Of a stretch of 64,000 nucleotides of DNA, positions 10,263 through 21,215 are shown in pieces. This DNA comes from Nostoc sp. (GTDB lineage: Bacteria > Cyanobacteriota > Cyanobacteriia > Cyanobacteriales > Nostocaceae), in NCBI GenBank assembly GCA_036918135.1, contig JBALDB010000056.1, positions 256,001 to 320,000 on the forward strand, given 5' to 3'. A program made the translations under genes and the position numbers. The notes under the pieces were generated by a model, which was not told the DNA's origin, made no database searches, and was given only the letters and a program-made list of their open reading frames with translations. Positions within the stretch are counted from its first letter, which is position 1. Every line of letters begins with the position of its first letter.

Positions 10263-11762
10263 CTACTTCAAAACTACTTGAGAGATTGCGGTTTTTTGCG
10301 GTGGGAGAATTGTGGCTACCATTGCTGTAGTTGTCGGTTCACTCCAACGTACTAACCAAGTAGGTTGGATTCCCAAAAAGATGATAAAAACTGCCAAAAT
10401 TAAAGCTGGTATTTTCTCAGACCACAAAACTTTCGGATAGTAGGCTAAGTTGTTATCGAGTTTGCCAAAACAGGTGCGGTTGAGGAGGATAACAAAATAG
10501 ACTGCGGTTAAGCCAGACGCCACAACACACAACAGTGTGGGGATAGGAAAGACAGAGAAACTACCCTGGAAAACAATAAATTCAGCAATGAATCCTGTCA
10601 AACCGGGAATACCGGCGCTAGCCATGCCGCTTAAAACTAGTAAGGCGCTAATTAAAGGTAAACCGCGTATGGGACTCATTAAGCCATTGAGTTTATCTAA
10701 CTCGCGCGTCCCGACTTTGGCTTCTACAACTCCAACCAAGTGGAAAAGAATTGCCAGGATTAGTCCGTGGCTAAACATTTGGGCGACAGCACCGACAAGT
10801 GCTAAGGAAGTACTGGCAGCACTAGCTAGCAAAACATAGCCCATGTGACCAATGGAACTGTATGCTACCATGCGCTTGATATCTTTTTGGGCGATCGCAA
10901 CTACTGCCCCATAGATAGCGCTAACTGCTCCCCAAATTGCCAAAGTTGGTGCGATAATGCTCCAAGTTTCGGGAAACATAGCCATCCCAAACCGCAATAG
11001 TCCATAAGTTCCCAACTTGGCTAACACCCCACCTAACAAAATGGCAATTGGTGCTGAAGCTTCAACGTAAGCATCCGGTAACCAAGTGTGGAAGGGAACC
11101 AGGGGAATTTTAATTCCAAAACCTAACACTATTCCTCCTAGTAAGAGGATTTGCATTCCTGTTGATAGGGTTTGAGTGGAGACTGCATCATAAGCAAAAC
11201 TAGTAGAACCAGTTAGCCACACTATACCTAAGAAGGTTGCCAGAATTAAAGCCCCTGAAACAGCCGTATAAATCAGAAACTTAATACCAGCATAAGCCCG
11301 TTTTTCTCCTCCCCAAATGGAAATCAACAAATAGAAGGGAATTAATTCTAGTTCGTAGAACAAAAAGAATAACAACAAATTCTCTGATAAGAATGCACCC
11401 GCCACCCCGCCACTCACTAATAAAATCATTGAGTAGAACAGGCGAGGACGTTCGGTTTGTTGACTACTGCTGTAAATAGCAACCCAGGTGAGTAGGCTAT
11501 TTAATACCACCATCAAAATTGATAGTCCATCAACTCCTAATTGATAGCTCAAACCTAGAGTTTCATTCCAAGGTAAATATTCTTGAAATTGCATTCCTGG
11601 ATTTTTGATATCGAATTTCAATAGAATAAATAAATTCCAGAGTAAGACGATTCCAGAAAAGCATAATGCTCCTAAACGAATTTGATTTGCTGGAAGACTT
11701 TTAGGGAGAAATGCTATGATAGCTGCCGCGCAGATTGGTAGTAAAATTAAAACACTTAACAT
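10263..11762 (-). CDS. ndhD3: NDH-1(3) subunit NdhD3 (NuoM-like)
   Basis: Polytopic NuoM motifs (FHTWLPDAYVEA, DIKRMVAYSSIGHMG); in the cupA operon. Confidence 0.9.
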   Translation of the reverse strand: MLSVLILLPICAAAIIAFLPKSLPANQIRLGALCFSGIVLLWNLFILLKFDIKNPGMQFQEYLPWNETLGLSYQLGVDGLSILMVVLNSLLTWVAIYSSSQQTERPRLFYSMILLVSGGVAGAFLSENLLLFFLFYELELIPFYLLISIWGGEKRAYAGIKFLIYTAVSGALILATFLGIVWLTGSTSFAYDAVSTQTLSTGMQILLLGGIVLGFGIKIPLVPFHTWLPDAYVEASAPIAILLGGVLAKLGTYGLLRFGMAMFPETWSIIAPTLAIWGAVSAIYGAVVAIAQKDIKRMVAYSSIGHMGYVLLASAASTSLALVGAVAQMFSHGLILAILFHLVGVVEAKVGTRELDKLNGLMSPIRGLPLISALLVLSGMASAGIPGLTGFIAEFIVFQGSFSVFPIPTLLCVVASGLTAVYFVILLNRTCFGKLDNNLAYYPKVLWSEKIPALILAVFIIFLGIQPTWLVRWSEPTTTAMVATILPPQKTAISQVVLK

Positions 11763-11882
11763 GGCTCTTTCAAGTTTAGTAAAAGTTAATTGTTTAGAGA
11801 CTGTTGACTGTTGCCAGTAACAGTCTACTTGGGTAAATCTGCAATTTATTTTGGCCTAATAGCTTATTGGACAAAAGATGAA

Positions 11883-12584
11883 TTAACTAACTAGACTAAT
11901 TTTGCCATTATCTAAATCGTAATAGCCACCAACTATTTTTAGTTTTTCGGCTTTGATTAGTTCAGATAGGACTGTTGAAGATTTAAGTTTAGCAACTTGC
12001 GCCAAAATATTTGCTTTGCAGACATTTTCTGTTTTATCTCCTGATTGTTCTTTGGAACTTTCAACACTTGGTCTAATTGCTTCTATTAAACTACCAATTT
12101 GTCCTGGTACAGGACTACCTTTGATAGCGGCTTGTACTGCACCGCATCTTTTATGCCCTACGACCATAATTATTCTCGAACCTAATATTAAGCTCCCAAA
12201 TTCTAGGCTGCCAATTTCTTCTGCTGTAGCTACATTCCCAGCTATTCGGCAAACAAATAAATCTCCCAGACCTTGGTCAAAAATAATCTCGGAAGGAACT
12301 CGTGAATCTGCACAACCGAGAACAGAAGCAAATGGCTTTTGACCTTTGGCGACTTCGTGTAAACGTGTAATACTTTGGTGGGGATTTTTACGCTTTGTTT
12401 TCACAAAGCGGTCGTTACCATCCATTAATTCTTGTAGTGCCTTATCAGGGGTAAGCTCATCTTTATCAGAAGTTTCTTGAGCTATAACTAAGTTGGAACC
12501 AACTCCTACTGTGACGACTCCTGTAGCGATCGCACCTGCACTGTATTTGAGTAAATTTCTTCTCGAAAGATTGTTTGTGGTCAT
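11883..12584 (-). CDS. Beta-class carbonic anhydrase with a twin-arginine signal peptide (EcaB-like)
   Basis: SRRNLLK Tat motif plus hydrophobic core; Zn ligands CADSRV and H-x-x-C (HKRCGAV). Confidence 0.9.
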   Translation of the reverse strand: MTTNNLSRRNLLKYSAGAIATGVVTVGVGSNLVIAQETSDKDELTPDKALQELMDGNDRFVKTKRKNPHQSITRLHEVAKGQKPFASVLGCADSRVPSEIIFDQGLGDLFVCRIAGNVATAEEIGSLEFGSLILGSRIIMVVGHKRCGAVQAAIKGSPVPGQIGSLIEAIRPSVESSKEQSGDKTENVCKANILAQVAKLKSSTVLSELIKAEKLKIVGGYYDLDNGKISLVS

Positions 12585-12655
12585 GGAATTTTTCTCACTG
12601 GATTAAAAAAGTAGAGATTTAATAAAGAAAGAATTCAGGAGTCAGAATTCATAAT

Positions 12656-12765
12656 TAAGTAAGTCGGCACAATAAAACTAAATTATGTCAAGAAAAATTA
12701 ATTAGGCTAAAAGCCTCTTCCTTCCTGCCTCATCTCAACGATAAATTTTGCCACCGACCTACTTA
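12656..12765. mobile_element. About 110-bp MITE-like element between ndhF3 and the carbonic anhydrase gene
   Basis: Inverted termini TAAGTAAGTCGG / CCGACCTACTTA (11/12 match, including terminal TA). Confidence 0.6.
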
Positions 12766-12831
12766 TTAAATTTTGGAGATTTGCAGATGAATATCCAGGA
12801 TTTTACTCAATAATTCTGGATATTACATTTT

Positions 12832-14691
12832 TCAAAACATCAGATTTAAGAACAAATTTCCCCAGTATCGCCAACTCAGAAATGCTCCTAATATGCCTAC
12901 TCCTAAGAGGACTGTGAAGGCATAAAACTGCGCTTGTCCAGTAGTGCTGTACTTGAGACTTTCACCACCCAACAGCGAAAACAAACCAACCATATTCACG
13001 ATGCCATCAACTACAAAGCGGTCAATCATATCGACAAGTTTAGAAAGTTGGGCAACGCCGAAAATAATAGTCATCCGGTAAAGTTTTGGCGTGTAAAAAT
13101 CGTATGCCACCAAATCTTGTAACCCTTTCCAAGGTAAGCGAATCGGTTTCGGAACATTGCCTAAATAAATCACGCCAGTGACACTACAACCAAAAAGAGT
13201 TGACCAAATTAACAGTAGTGCGACATCTTTATTAAGGATTGCCCAACTAGGTAACAGTGATAAGCTTTGCAACACTAAGGGAAGATGCAGAGTAAAGCCA
13301 AGTAAAATCATCATTGGTAAAACCATCGGCCAGTGAACTTCAGGCGATCGCTCGCTCATCTGTTGAGCTTTACCACCAAAAAGTAAACCGAATTCTCTGG
13401 TTAAACTCACGGCTGTTAAAGTATTGACAGTTATCACTACTCCCACTAACCAAGGATGAGTTCCCCACAGTCCATCTGCTAGTTCCAGCATCGCCCAAAA
13501 GCCACCGAGGGGAGGAAAACCAATTAATCCCAAACTTCCCACGATAAATGCTAGTCCCGAAATCGGGCGACGTTTCCACAATCCGCCTAACTGAGTTACG
13601 TCTTGGGTGATGCTATTCCAGATAATTCCGCCAGTACTCATTACCAACAAAGCTGCGGCGATCGCATTGGAGAGTACCAACAACAGTGCGGCTTCGTCTT
13701 GCTGCACTCCCACAGCGATGAACACCAAACCCATGTAGGCACTTACAGAATAAGATTGGCAGCGTTTGAGGTCGATTTGGGCGATCGCAATTAAAGAAGC
13801 ACCCACCGCTGTGACTGCACCAATCGCCACCATCGCAGAAGAAATTATCGGCGAGAGGGTCAACACAGGTTGGAGTTTAATTAACACCCATGCACCACTA
13901 GCAACTACTACCGAGTTCCGCAAAATTGTACTGGGAACAGGGCCTTCCATTGCCTCATCTAACCACAGGTGTAAGGGGAACTGGGCACATTTGCCCATCG
14001 GCCCGGCAATTAATGCTAAACCTACAAGCGTTATCACTGTCGGATTGACGTTAGCAGTAGTCGCCCATTCTGCTAATTCTGTATAATTCCAAGTCCCAGC
14101 CAGAGGCCATAATGCCAACACCCCCATCAGCAAGAATAAGTCTCCCACCCGCTTGGTTAGAAAAGCATCTCTGGCACCCGTGACTACCAATGGCTGACTA
14201 AACCATAACCCCACTAGTAAATAGGTTCCTAAAGTCAGGACTTCCAGAATTACATAGCTGAAGAACAAGTTGTTACATAGTGCCAAGGCACACAATCCCG
14301 CTTCAAATAATCCCAATAAAGAATAGAAGCGTCCCCAACCCCAGTCCATTTCCATGTAACCTATGGCATAAATCTGCGCTAGCAAATTCAAGCCAGTGAC
14401 AACAGCGATCGCACCCACACTCACTGAGGAAATTTCTAAGGCGATCGTTAGGTTTAGACCTGCTGTAGATAGCCAAGGTATAAATACTTGTTGAGATGGC
14501 TGATTCCAAGTTGCTTGTAATGCCAAGGCAGCATGAACAAATGCCAAAAATGTCATGATTAAGTTGACATAACCTGCCGGTCTTGGCCCCGTTTTAGAAA
14601 TTAAACCCGGCGACCAAGGCACCGCTAACAACCCACCTATTAAGGCATAGAAAGGAACTAGCCAAACAGTCTCCAATAGAAACTGAGCCAT
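12832..14691 (-). CDS. ndhF3: NDH-1(3) subunit NdhF3 (NuoL-like)
   Basis: GKCAQFPLHLWLDEAMEGP and TKRVGDLFLL motifs; first gene of the cupA operon. Confidence 0.9.
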   Translation of the reverse strand: MAQFLLETVWLVPFYALIGGLLAVPWSPGLISKTGPRPAGYVNLIMTFLAFVHAALALQATWNQPSQQVFIPWLSTAGLNLTIALEISSVSVGAIAVVTGLNLLAQIYAIGYMEMDWGWGRFYSLLGLFEAGLCALALCNNLFFSYVILEVLTLGTYLLVGLWFSQPLVVTGARDAFLTKRVGDLFLLMGVLALWPLAGTWNYTELAEWATTANVNPTVITLVGLALIAGPMGKCAQFPLHLWLDEAMEGPVPSTILRNSVVVASGAWVLIKLQPVLTLSPIISSAMVAIGAVTAVGASLIAIAQIDLKRCQSYSVSAYMGLVFIAVGVQQDEAALLLVLSNAIAAALLVMSTGGIIWNSITQDVTQLGGLWKRRPISGLAFIVGSLGLIGFPPLGGFWAMLELADGLWGTHPWLVGVVITVNTLTAVSLTREFGLLFGGKAQQMSERSPEVHWPMVLPMMILLGFTLHLPLVLQSLSLLPSWAILNKDVALLLIWSTLFGCSVTGVIYLGNVPKPIRLPWKGLQDLVAYDFYTPKLYRMTIIFGVAQLSKLVDMIDRFVVDGIVNMVGLFSLLGGESLKYSTTGQAQFYAFTVLLGVGILGAFLSWRYWGNLFLNLMF

Positions 14692-15053
14692 TAACTTACC
14701 TCTATATTTTCATCAAAAACTTGCAAATTTAAATCAACTAGCGTTGATCCCGGTTGATCCCGCTATTGAAAATATTGCAAATTTATCTTTTTTTAATTTT
14801 GTTAAAAAATAGCTTACCTTTATATTTGCCAAAAGTGAATTACTATATCTAAATAAATCTGAGATGCTTACTCTAAATAATTCTTATATAACGTAACTAT
14901 TTAATTAGTAAATTATAACTATTAATGTTTATCTATGAACGGTGTATTGGCGCAATCAATAGTAACCATTGATTTTCTCAGTTAATTATATAGCGCTTTT
15001 CATCTAAGTTAAATACATTACAGACTTTTCACGGCAATCCACTATAAATGACA

Positions 15054-15077
15054 AGAGACGCCATCGATGGCGTCTCT
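15054..15077. repeat. Perfect 24-bp palindrome AGAGACGCCATCGATGGCGTCTCT (SDR-type dispersed repeat; possible terminator)
   Basis: Self-complementary; lies 20 bp after the stop of the 61-aa ORF. Confidence 0.75.
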
Positions 15078-15097
15078 GAAAGTCGGTTAAATGCGAT

Positions 15098-15283
15098 CTA
15101 GATGTGGGTAGTTTTGTCAACCTGCCAGTGATAGATAGCGATTGCAGGTGATGAATTTATCTGGCTAATGGGGGCTGGTTGCATATCGCGGTAGTCCAGC
15201 AGTTGGACGAGGATGAGGTAGGCGATCGCTAAGATAATAGAAATCGCACCTGTAATAATCGCAACTATTTTCGAGCGGTTCAT
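15098..15283 (-). CDS. Small cyanobacterial membrane protein
   Basis: Single TM followed by LLDYRDMQPAP, resembling a conserved small cyanobacterial protein; AAGGAA RBS upstream. Confidence 0.7.
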   Translation of the reverse strand: MNRSKIVAIITGAISIILAIAYLILVQLLDYRDMQPAPISQINSSPAIAIYHWQVDKTTHI

Positions 15284-15360
15284 AAATATTTCCTTTAAAC
15301 TGTGATTATCTGTAGGCTAACCTACCGCAATACATCACATCTGGTACAAAAGTAAACAAC

Positions 15361-16350
15361 TCAGAGATTTTGCGATGATGGCGAACGCTCGAATTCACTG
15401 ACAATATCCCAGTTAACTTTTATGTATCCTAGTTCAATGTGGGTAAAGTGTGAATTCAACTGTTGATGAGCTGTGGGTAGAGCGTGAAATGGAATTGATG
15501 GGTATAAATGATGCTCTGCATGAAATGGCATATTCCACATCAAAAATTGTAGAGGAAAGAGCGTCAGGGTTGTACGGGTATTCGTCAACAGATTAGCATC
15601 AAGAGTACAACCTGTATGTTCTGCCAGTAGAATAAAACGCAGAATTGGTTGACCAATAAACAAAGGTAGCAGCCAGTAAAGCAGAAACCAAGGCTGACCC
15701 ACTATTATGGAAACAGCGATCGCTCCTGCATAAACAGCTAATTGCCAACGAGTCGAGCGAATAACTTCAGCTCGTGCTGTTTGTGGCACAAATGGGCAAT
15801 CATCAAGTTGACCAAGTGCAGTCCGAAAATGTCCACCAATCTTGCCTAACCACCAAGGTAAACCACTAATAATTAACAAGTATTTACCTAAATTGCTTGG
15901 TTTAAGGTCGGTCAGTTCTGGATCTTTGTCAGGAACACGAGTATAGCGGTGATGCCAGTTGTGGTAATAGAGATAAAATGTGCTGTTGTAAAATGAAAGC
16001 AAACCTGCACACCAAGCCACAATATCATTCAAACGATTGTTAGCAAAAGCAGTTCTGTGAATGCATTCATGCACAGGTGCGAACATAGAAGCCAGACAAA
16101 AGCCGTAGATTGCCAGTGCTGGTATTGCTAACAACCAATTACCAAAATTCATTGCCCAGACGTAACCACTGCATCCCATAACAGTCAGGTGTCCAGCCAA
16201 TTGAACTAACCCCTTCGAGTTATACCGATGATTCAAAACACTTAATTCTTGCATAGCGAGAATCTGGCGGGGTTTGTGCTGCTTTTCAGCTGCGTTTTCT
16301 AATAATTCAGCTTGAATAATTGCATCATTAAACATCATTTCAAACTCCAC
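15361..16350 (-). CDS. Fatty acid desaturase / MocD-like membrane di-iron oxygenase
   Basis: His boxes HECIH, HNWHH and HAEHH. Confidence 0.88.
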   Translation of the reverse strand: MEFEMMFNDAIIQAELLENAAEKQHKPRQILAMQELSVLNHRYNSKGLVQLAGHLTVMGCSGYVWAMNFGNWLLAIPALAIYGFCLASMFAPVHECIHRTAFANNRLNDIVAWCAGLLSFYNSTFYLYYHNWHHRYTRVPDKDPELTDLKPSNLGKYLLIISGLPWWLGKIGGHFRTALGQLDDCPFVPQTARAEVIRSTRWQLAVYAGAIAVSIIVGQPWFLLYWLLPLFIGQPILRFILLAEHTGCTLDANLLTNTRTTLTLFPLQFLMWNMPFHAEHHLYPSIPFHALPTAHQQLNSHFTHIELGYIKVNWDIVSEFERSPSSQNL

Positions 16351-16514
16351 ATAGATAGATATAAGGATTAAACTCTGTGTTTACACCGTAGTAGAGAACC
16401 AGAGAGGTCAAATTCCAGCTATCGAACTCCTGCAAATAAATTAACCCATTTGTAGGAGGTAATGACCAAGACAATCAGTGTAGTTTACGTATTATCAGAC
16501 CAAAACAAGATGGT

Positions 16515-16856
16515 TTGAAGCAACGCAGAATTCATACAAGAGATATATTAACTATGTTCAAGCCAAGATTCACTCGCTGTATAACAATAAAATTGCTAGT
16601 ATTTTCAACAGCTTTTTTCCTAGCTTGGGAGACTTCTGCTAACGCTCAACGAACTTTTCCTAGTCTGACTCCAGCACAAGCTCAACATTTATCTCGTGAC
16701 TTAGTTCCATCTAGCTCTGAGGAATTTTTTAGACAAGGAAAAAATTCTTTTGAAAGAGAAATTCAACTTCTCAGAAAAAGACAACTTTCTCCAAATAAAC
16801 CTATTCTCAAGAATAATTTGATAGAAGTTATTAAGAAACCATCTACTCAAGAGTAA
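16515..16856 (+). CDS. Hypothetical secreted protein; start possibly at ATG 16554
   Basis: Signal-peptide-like segment ending ANA, then SEEFFRQG...EREIQLL. Confidence 0.6.
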   Translation: MKQRRIHTRDILTMFKPRFTRCITIKLLVFSTAFFLAWETSANAQRTFPSLTPAQAQHLSRDLVPSSSEEFFRQGKNSFEREIQLLRKRQLSPNKPILKNNLIEVIKKPSTQE

Positions 16857-17234
16857 CCCTAATGAAATGAGTTCTAAATAAAAAATATCTCAGAGTACAA
16901 GCAGATAAGGCAAGGTAAATATAATGCGATCGCACCAGTTCTAAAAAAAGAGCGATCGCCGAAAATTAAATTAGTAAGTAGTTAAGCAAAATTAAATACA
17001 CACCCAATTAGGCAAGAGCCAGTTAGGCAATAAAATATAAACAATAAATAACGTTAAATAGTATAAAAATTTACCTAATTTTTATTACTTAATTCTTGTT
17101 TTGTGCATCCGGATTAGCCAATCCTTAGGTAAATTAAAAATAGATTATAAAGTTTTATTACATAATACGTAATTCCTACAAATAAAACTGAAGCACTAAT
17201 TGACAGTAAATTTTTTAACTTGAGGAAATAAGTT

Positions 17235-17453
17235 ATGAATGAAAGCATTGAGCCTAATGTTACTACTAACTCAGAACAATCTTGTCTACAAGAAGAGAAC
17301 ACAGAACCTAATGAGAATCAAACAATTGATACTGAGTTCAACGATCCAGAAAATTATCTTGTGCAGAAAGGCAAACCACCAGTAATAATTGCTGATGGAA
17401 CAATGAACCCTCCACCGACAAAAGAAGAGTTTTCCCCTGAGGTAATTGTCTAG
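17235..17453 (+). CDS. Small acidic hypothetical protein
   Basis: 72 aa with a GAGGAA RBS upstream; co-oriented with the FHA gene. Confidence 0.55.
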   Translation: MNESIEPNVTTNSEQSCLQEENTEPNENQTIDTEFNDPENYLVQKGKPPVIIADGTMNPPPTKEEFSPEVIV

Positions 17454-17559
17454 TTTTGGTGATTGATTGCCTTTACTAATTAGTAAGACAGGACTATTAC
17501 TGATTTTTCACTTTCCCAATATTTCATCTTCAAGTTGACTCTAAATTTTTTCCTAATTT

Positions 17560-20499
17560 ATGAAACAACGCTTTTATATCTTATGGGGTGCTTGTGGTAT
17601 CTCCTTGTGTTTGATGGCTGCGACTACTAATGTCCAAGCTCAATCTATCCAGACAGATGGAACTACCCCAACCACACCAGGTACATGCACTGGAAGTTGT
17701 AATATTGGGGGTGGAATTCAGCGTGGTAGCAATCTTTTTCACAGTTTTTCTGAATTTAATGTGGGTCGAGGAGCAACAGTTTTGTTCCTCGACCCAGGAG
17801 TCACGAATATTCTGACTCGAGTAACAGGAAATCAACCCTCTAACATTCTTGGGACACTAGGTGTATCAGGGGGTAATGCCAACCTATTTTTCATAAATCC
17901 AAATGGGATTATCTTTGGCCCAGATGCCAAATTGGATGTTCGGGGGTCATTTGTAGGGACTACAGCTAATGCTATTCAATTTGGTAATCAGGGTTTTTTT
18001 AGGGCTTCTGCTTCTGAAGTTCCATTACTGACAGTCAATCCTTCAGCTTTGTTCTATCAAAGTCCTAACGCAGTAATCCAGAACATTTCAATTCAAGGAG
18101 CAGGATTAGATTCAAATAACTTAAATATATCGAAACTCACAGTTCCTGATGGACGGAGTTTGTTATTAGTTGGTGGAGAAGTGAACTTAGACGCAGAAGA
18201 ATTAGATGCTTTTGGCGGTCGAGTCGAATTAGGAGGATTAGCTGAACCTGGAGTAATCGGATTAGATGTTGATAACAACAATTTCCGTTTAAGTTTTCCG
18301 GAAAATACTGCATTAGCAGATGTATCAATAACCAATCAAGCTAAAGTTGATGTTACTGCTAATGGTGGCGGTAATATCACAATCAATGCAAGAAATATAG
18401 GCATTTCCGGAAATCAAACTAGGCTTCTTAGCGGTATTAGACGAGGAATAGCTAGCGGTCAAGCTGGAGATATTACACTCAATGCCACAGGAGCATTAAC
18501 TCTTACAGACGGTAGTAGAATCCTCAACAGAGTGAGATCTGGAGGACAAGGCAATAGTGGCAACATTAATATTAAGGCTGGATCGCTCTCTTTAGTTAAT
18601 GGTAGTAAAGTACAAGCCCTCACTTATGGCAAAGGAAATGCTGGCGACGTAAACATTGATGTTCGCAATGGAGCTGTTACAGTTGTCAGTGACCTTGTGA
18701 CTAAGGGTGGCGACCTTGAGGACGATGATAAAGTTTCTCGGATCGATAGCAGTGTGCAAAAAAGCACTCTACCAGCAGAAGAAGAAAAAGGTAACGGTGG
18801 TAACGTCAAAATTATAGCTAGAGAACTTTATATAAAGAATGGAGGTTTGATCAATACCGGAACCTTTGGACAAGGAAATGCTGGAAACATATTGATAGAG
18901 GTTTCGGATCTTGTCTCTCTCGAAGCCGCAGTAGGCAGTGGAATTTTTAACAATGTGTCAGATGGAGCAGTAGGTAATGGTGGTGAAATTAATATTACGA
19001 CGCGATCGCTCTCCTTAAGTAGCGGATCTCAAATAGGTGCTTCTGTTATCAGTGAAAAACAAAACCTCGATGGATCGAAAACTCCCGGAGGTCGGGGAAA
19101 TGCTGGAAATATCACAATCAATGCCTCTGATTCTGTGACTATTTCAGGTACTAGTTCTCAAACGGGTTTTTCTAGTGGCTTACTTGCGGCTACCGAGACA
19201 GGTGCAGAAGGTCGAGCAGGCGATATTACCATTAATACGTCAGCCTTTAGTATTGCAAATGGTGGTGTTGTGAATACCCAAACTCTCAATCAGAGTAATG
19301 CAGGTAACATTACCATTAACGCGACTACCTTTGAAGCTACTAATGGTGGACAAATTATTACCACTGCCGGCAGTTCTGGAAATGCAGGTAATATTACCGT
19401 TAAAGCTACTGACAGAATCACACTTTCTGGAAGCGACCCCACCTTTGCTGAGCGAAAGGCCAAATTTAACAATAATGTCCAAAATGAAGGAACTGCTAGT
19501 GGTTTATTTGCCAGTACCCGCCCTGACTCTACAGGGTTAGGAGGAAATATAACAATTGAAACTAGACAATTCAATGTCCAAGATTCAGCTCAAGTCAGCG
19601 TTAGTAGTCAAGGAAAAGGGGATGCAGGCAATATTGATATAAATGCACACAGCCTCAGTCTCGACAACCAAGGAAAACTCACTTCCAATACTCAATCAGG
19701 TAAGGGTGGAAATATTACCCTCGAAGTGCAGGACTTATTACTGATGCGTCGCAATAGCCAAATATCTACCAATGCGGGTCAGGCAGGATTTGATGGCAAT
19801 GCAGGTAATATCAAAATTTATGCACCTAATGGTTTTATTGTTGCCACTCCCTTAGAAAATAATGATATTACTGCCAATGCCTTCTCTGGAAGTGGTGGTA
19901 ATATTTCAATCACCACTAAGAACATCTTTGGCTTCGTGCAGCGCAGTGGTCGAGACATAGAGAGGCTCGATCCAGACGGACGCAATCCAAATAACGTCCC
20001 AACCAGCGATATTACATCATTTACTCAGGAAAACCCTTCATTAAATGGCACAGTACAAATCAACTCGCCAGATGTTGACCCCAGCAAAGGATTAACGGAA
20101 CTACCTGTAAATGTAGTTAATGCCTCAGGGCAAATTGTTGCTGAATGCAATGCTAGTGGAAAATCCAGAGGGAATTCATTTTCAGTTATGGGACGTGGCG
20201 GAGTACCATCCAATCCCGTAGAACCATTGACAGCTGAACCGATGTTAGTAGATTGGATAGCGTTAGAACCGAAGGCAAAAAATACTGTTGATGGTGTCCA
20301 AAACAGAGTTGTTATTTCAAAACAGAGAAATACAGAACATCCTTTAGAGAAAGTCAATTCTGTAGAGCAACCTACTCAAATTGTAGAAGCCCAAGGCTGG
20401 GTAGTTGATGCCAATGGTAATGTGGTTCTAGTTGCTCAAAGACCAAGTGGGACACCTCATAACTTAGCCCTTGCATCTGGTTCTTGTGTTGTGAAATAA
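17560..20499 (+). CDS. Filamentous haemagglutinin-family (TPS-domain) exoprotein
   Basis: Signal peptide, NLFHSFSEF and INPNGI secretion domain, G.AGNI.I repeats, C-terminal IVEAQGWV. Confidence 0.92.
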   Translation: MKQRFYILWGACGISLCLMAATTNVQAQSIQTDGTTPTTPGTCTGSCNIGGGIQRGSNLFHSFSEFNVGRGATVLFLDPGVTNILTRVTGNQPSNILGTLGVSGGNANLFFINPNGIIFGPDAKLDVRGSFVGTTANAIQFGNQGFFRASASEVPLLTVNPSALFYQSPNAVIQNISIQGAGLDSNNLNISKLTVPDGRSLLLVGGEVNLDAEELDAFGGRVELGGLAEPGVIGLDVDNNNFRLSFPENTALADVSITNQAKVDVTANGGGNITINARNIGISGNQTRLLSGIRRGIASGQAGDITLNATGALTLTDGSRILNRVRSGGQGNSGNINIKAGSLSLVNGSKVQALTYGKGNAGDVNIDVRNGAVTVVSDLVTKGGDLEDDDKVSRIDSSVQKSTLPAEEEKGNGGNVKIIARELYIKNGGLINTGTFGQGNAGNILIEVSDLVSLEAAVGSGIFNNVSDGAVGNGGEINITTRSLSLSSGSQIGASVISEKQNLDGSKTPGGRGNAGNITINASDSVTISGTSSQTGFSSGLLAATETGAEGRAGDITINTSAFSIANGGVVNTQTLNQSNAGNITINATTFEATNGGQIITTAGSSGNAGNITVKATDRITLSGSDPTFAERKAKFNNNVQNEGTASGLFASTRPDSTGLGGNITIETRQFNVQDSAQVSVSSQGKGDAGNIDINAHSLSLDNQGKLTSNTQSGKGGNITLEVQDLLLMRRNSQISTNAGQAGFDGNAGNIKIYAPNGFIVATPLENNDITANAFSGSGGNISITTKNIFGFVQRSGRDIERLDPDGRNPNNVPTSDITSFTQENPSLNGTVQINSPDVDPSKGLTELPVNVVNASGQIVAECNASGKSRGNSFSVMGRGGVPSNPVEPLTAEPMLVDWIALEPKAKNTVDGVQNRVVISKQRNTEHPLEKVNSVEQPTQIVEAQGWVVDANGNVVLVAQRPSGTPHNLALASGSCVVK

Positions 20500-20745
20500 A
20501 CGTGGGTTCGACAGGTCGTAATTATATCCGCCTAATTGGTCGAATCAAAACACCTCTCCCTAAGGTTAGATTTGGCGTTAGTTTTTGCAGATGACATAAT
20601 AAGTCAGCAAGAATAGAGGTACAAATGATACTCGTACGGTAATTTTCCAATCTAGGAAATTAGTGAACCTAATATACAGAACAAAGTATAGTTTGTATAG
20701 TCAGCTTTGTAATAAAATTTTAGTTTTAGATTGGAGACTTAAAAG

Positions 20746-21084
20746 ATGTCTAGTGATACTCACATAGTTGCTTACGTTCAAGAAAGCGAATTTGATGTTG
20801 TTTTAAATGGAAGTGAAGAGCAAGTTGTTGTTGTTGACTTTACTGCTAGTTGGTGTGGTCCCTGTCGCCTGATTGCTCCGTTAATGGAGCAACTCGCCGA
20901 GGAATACAAAGGTCGTGCTAAAGTCGTTAAGGTAGACGTTGACAGCAACAAACCAATCTTCAAACAATTTGGTCTTCGCAGCATTCCAGCAGTTTTATTT
21001 TTCAAAGATGGTGTTTTAGCAGAGACTATCGTAGGAGTTTCTCCCTACGAGCAGTTCACCAATGCTATTGACAAGCTTCTTTAG
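20746..21084 (+). CDS. trxA: Thioredoxin
   Basis: WCGPC active site, 112 aa. Confidence 0.9.
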   Translation: MSSDTHIVAYVQESEFDVVLNGSEEQVVVVDFTASWCGPCRLIAPLMEQLAEEYKGRAKVVKVDVDSNKPIFKQFGLRSIPAVLFFKDGVLAETIVGVSPYEQFTNAIDKLL

Positions 21085-21215
21085 TTAATTATGTAATTCG
21101 TAATTCGTTATTAAAAAGGGTTTGATTGCTCTGAGGTCATTCAGCCTACTAGAAATTATGCTCGGTAGTCCGCCCAGAGCGAGTAGATAATACTGATACC
21201 ACTCTCAATCCCAAT

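Noticed and set aside
14885..14936. LysR-type (NdhR/CmpR) boxes upstream of ndhF3, e.g. TTA-N8-TAA at 14905-14918
   Set aside because: Biologically plausible, but the region is too AT-rich for such short motifs to be meaningful by eye
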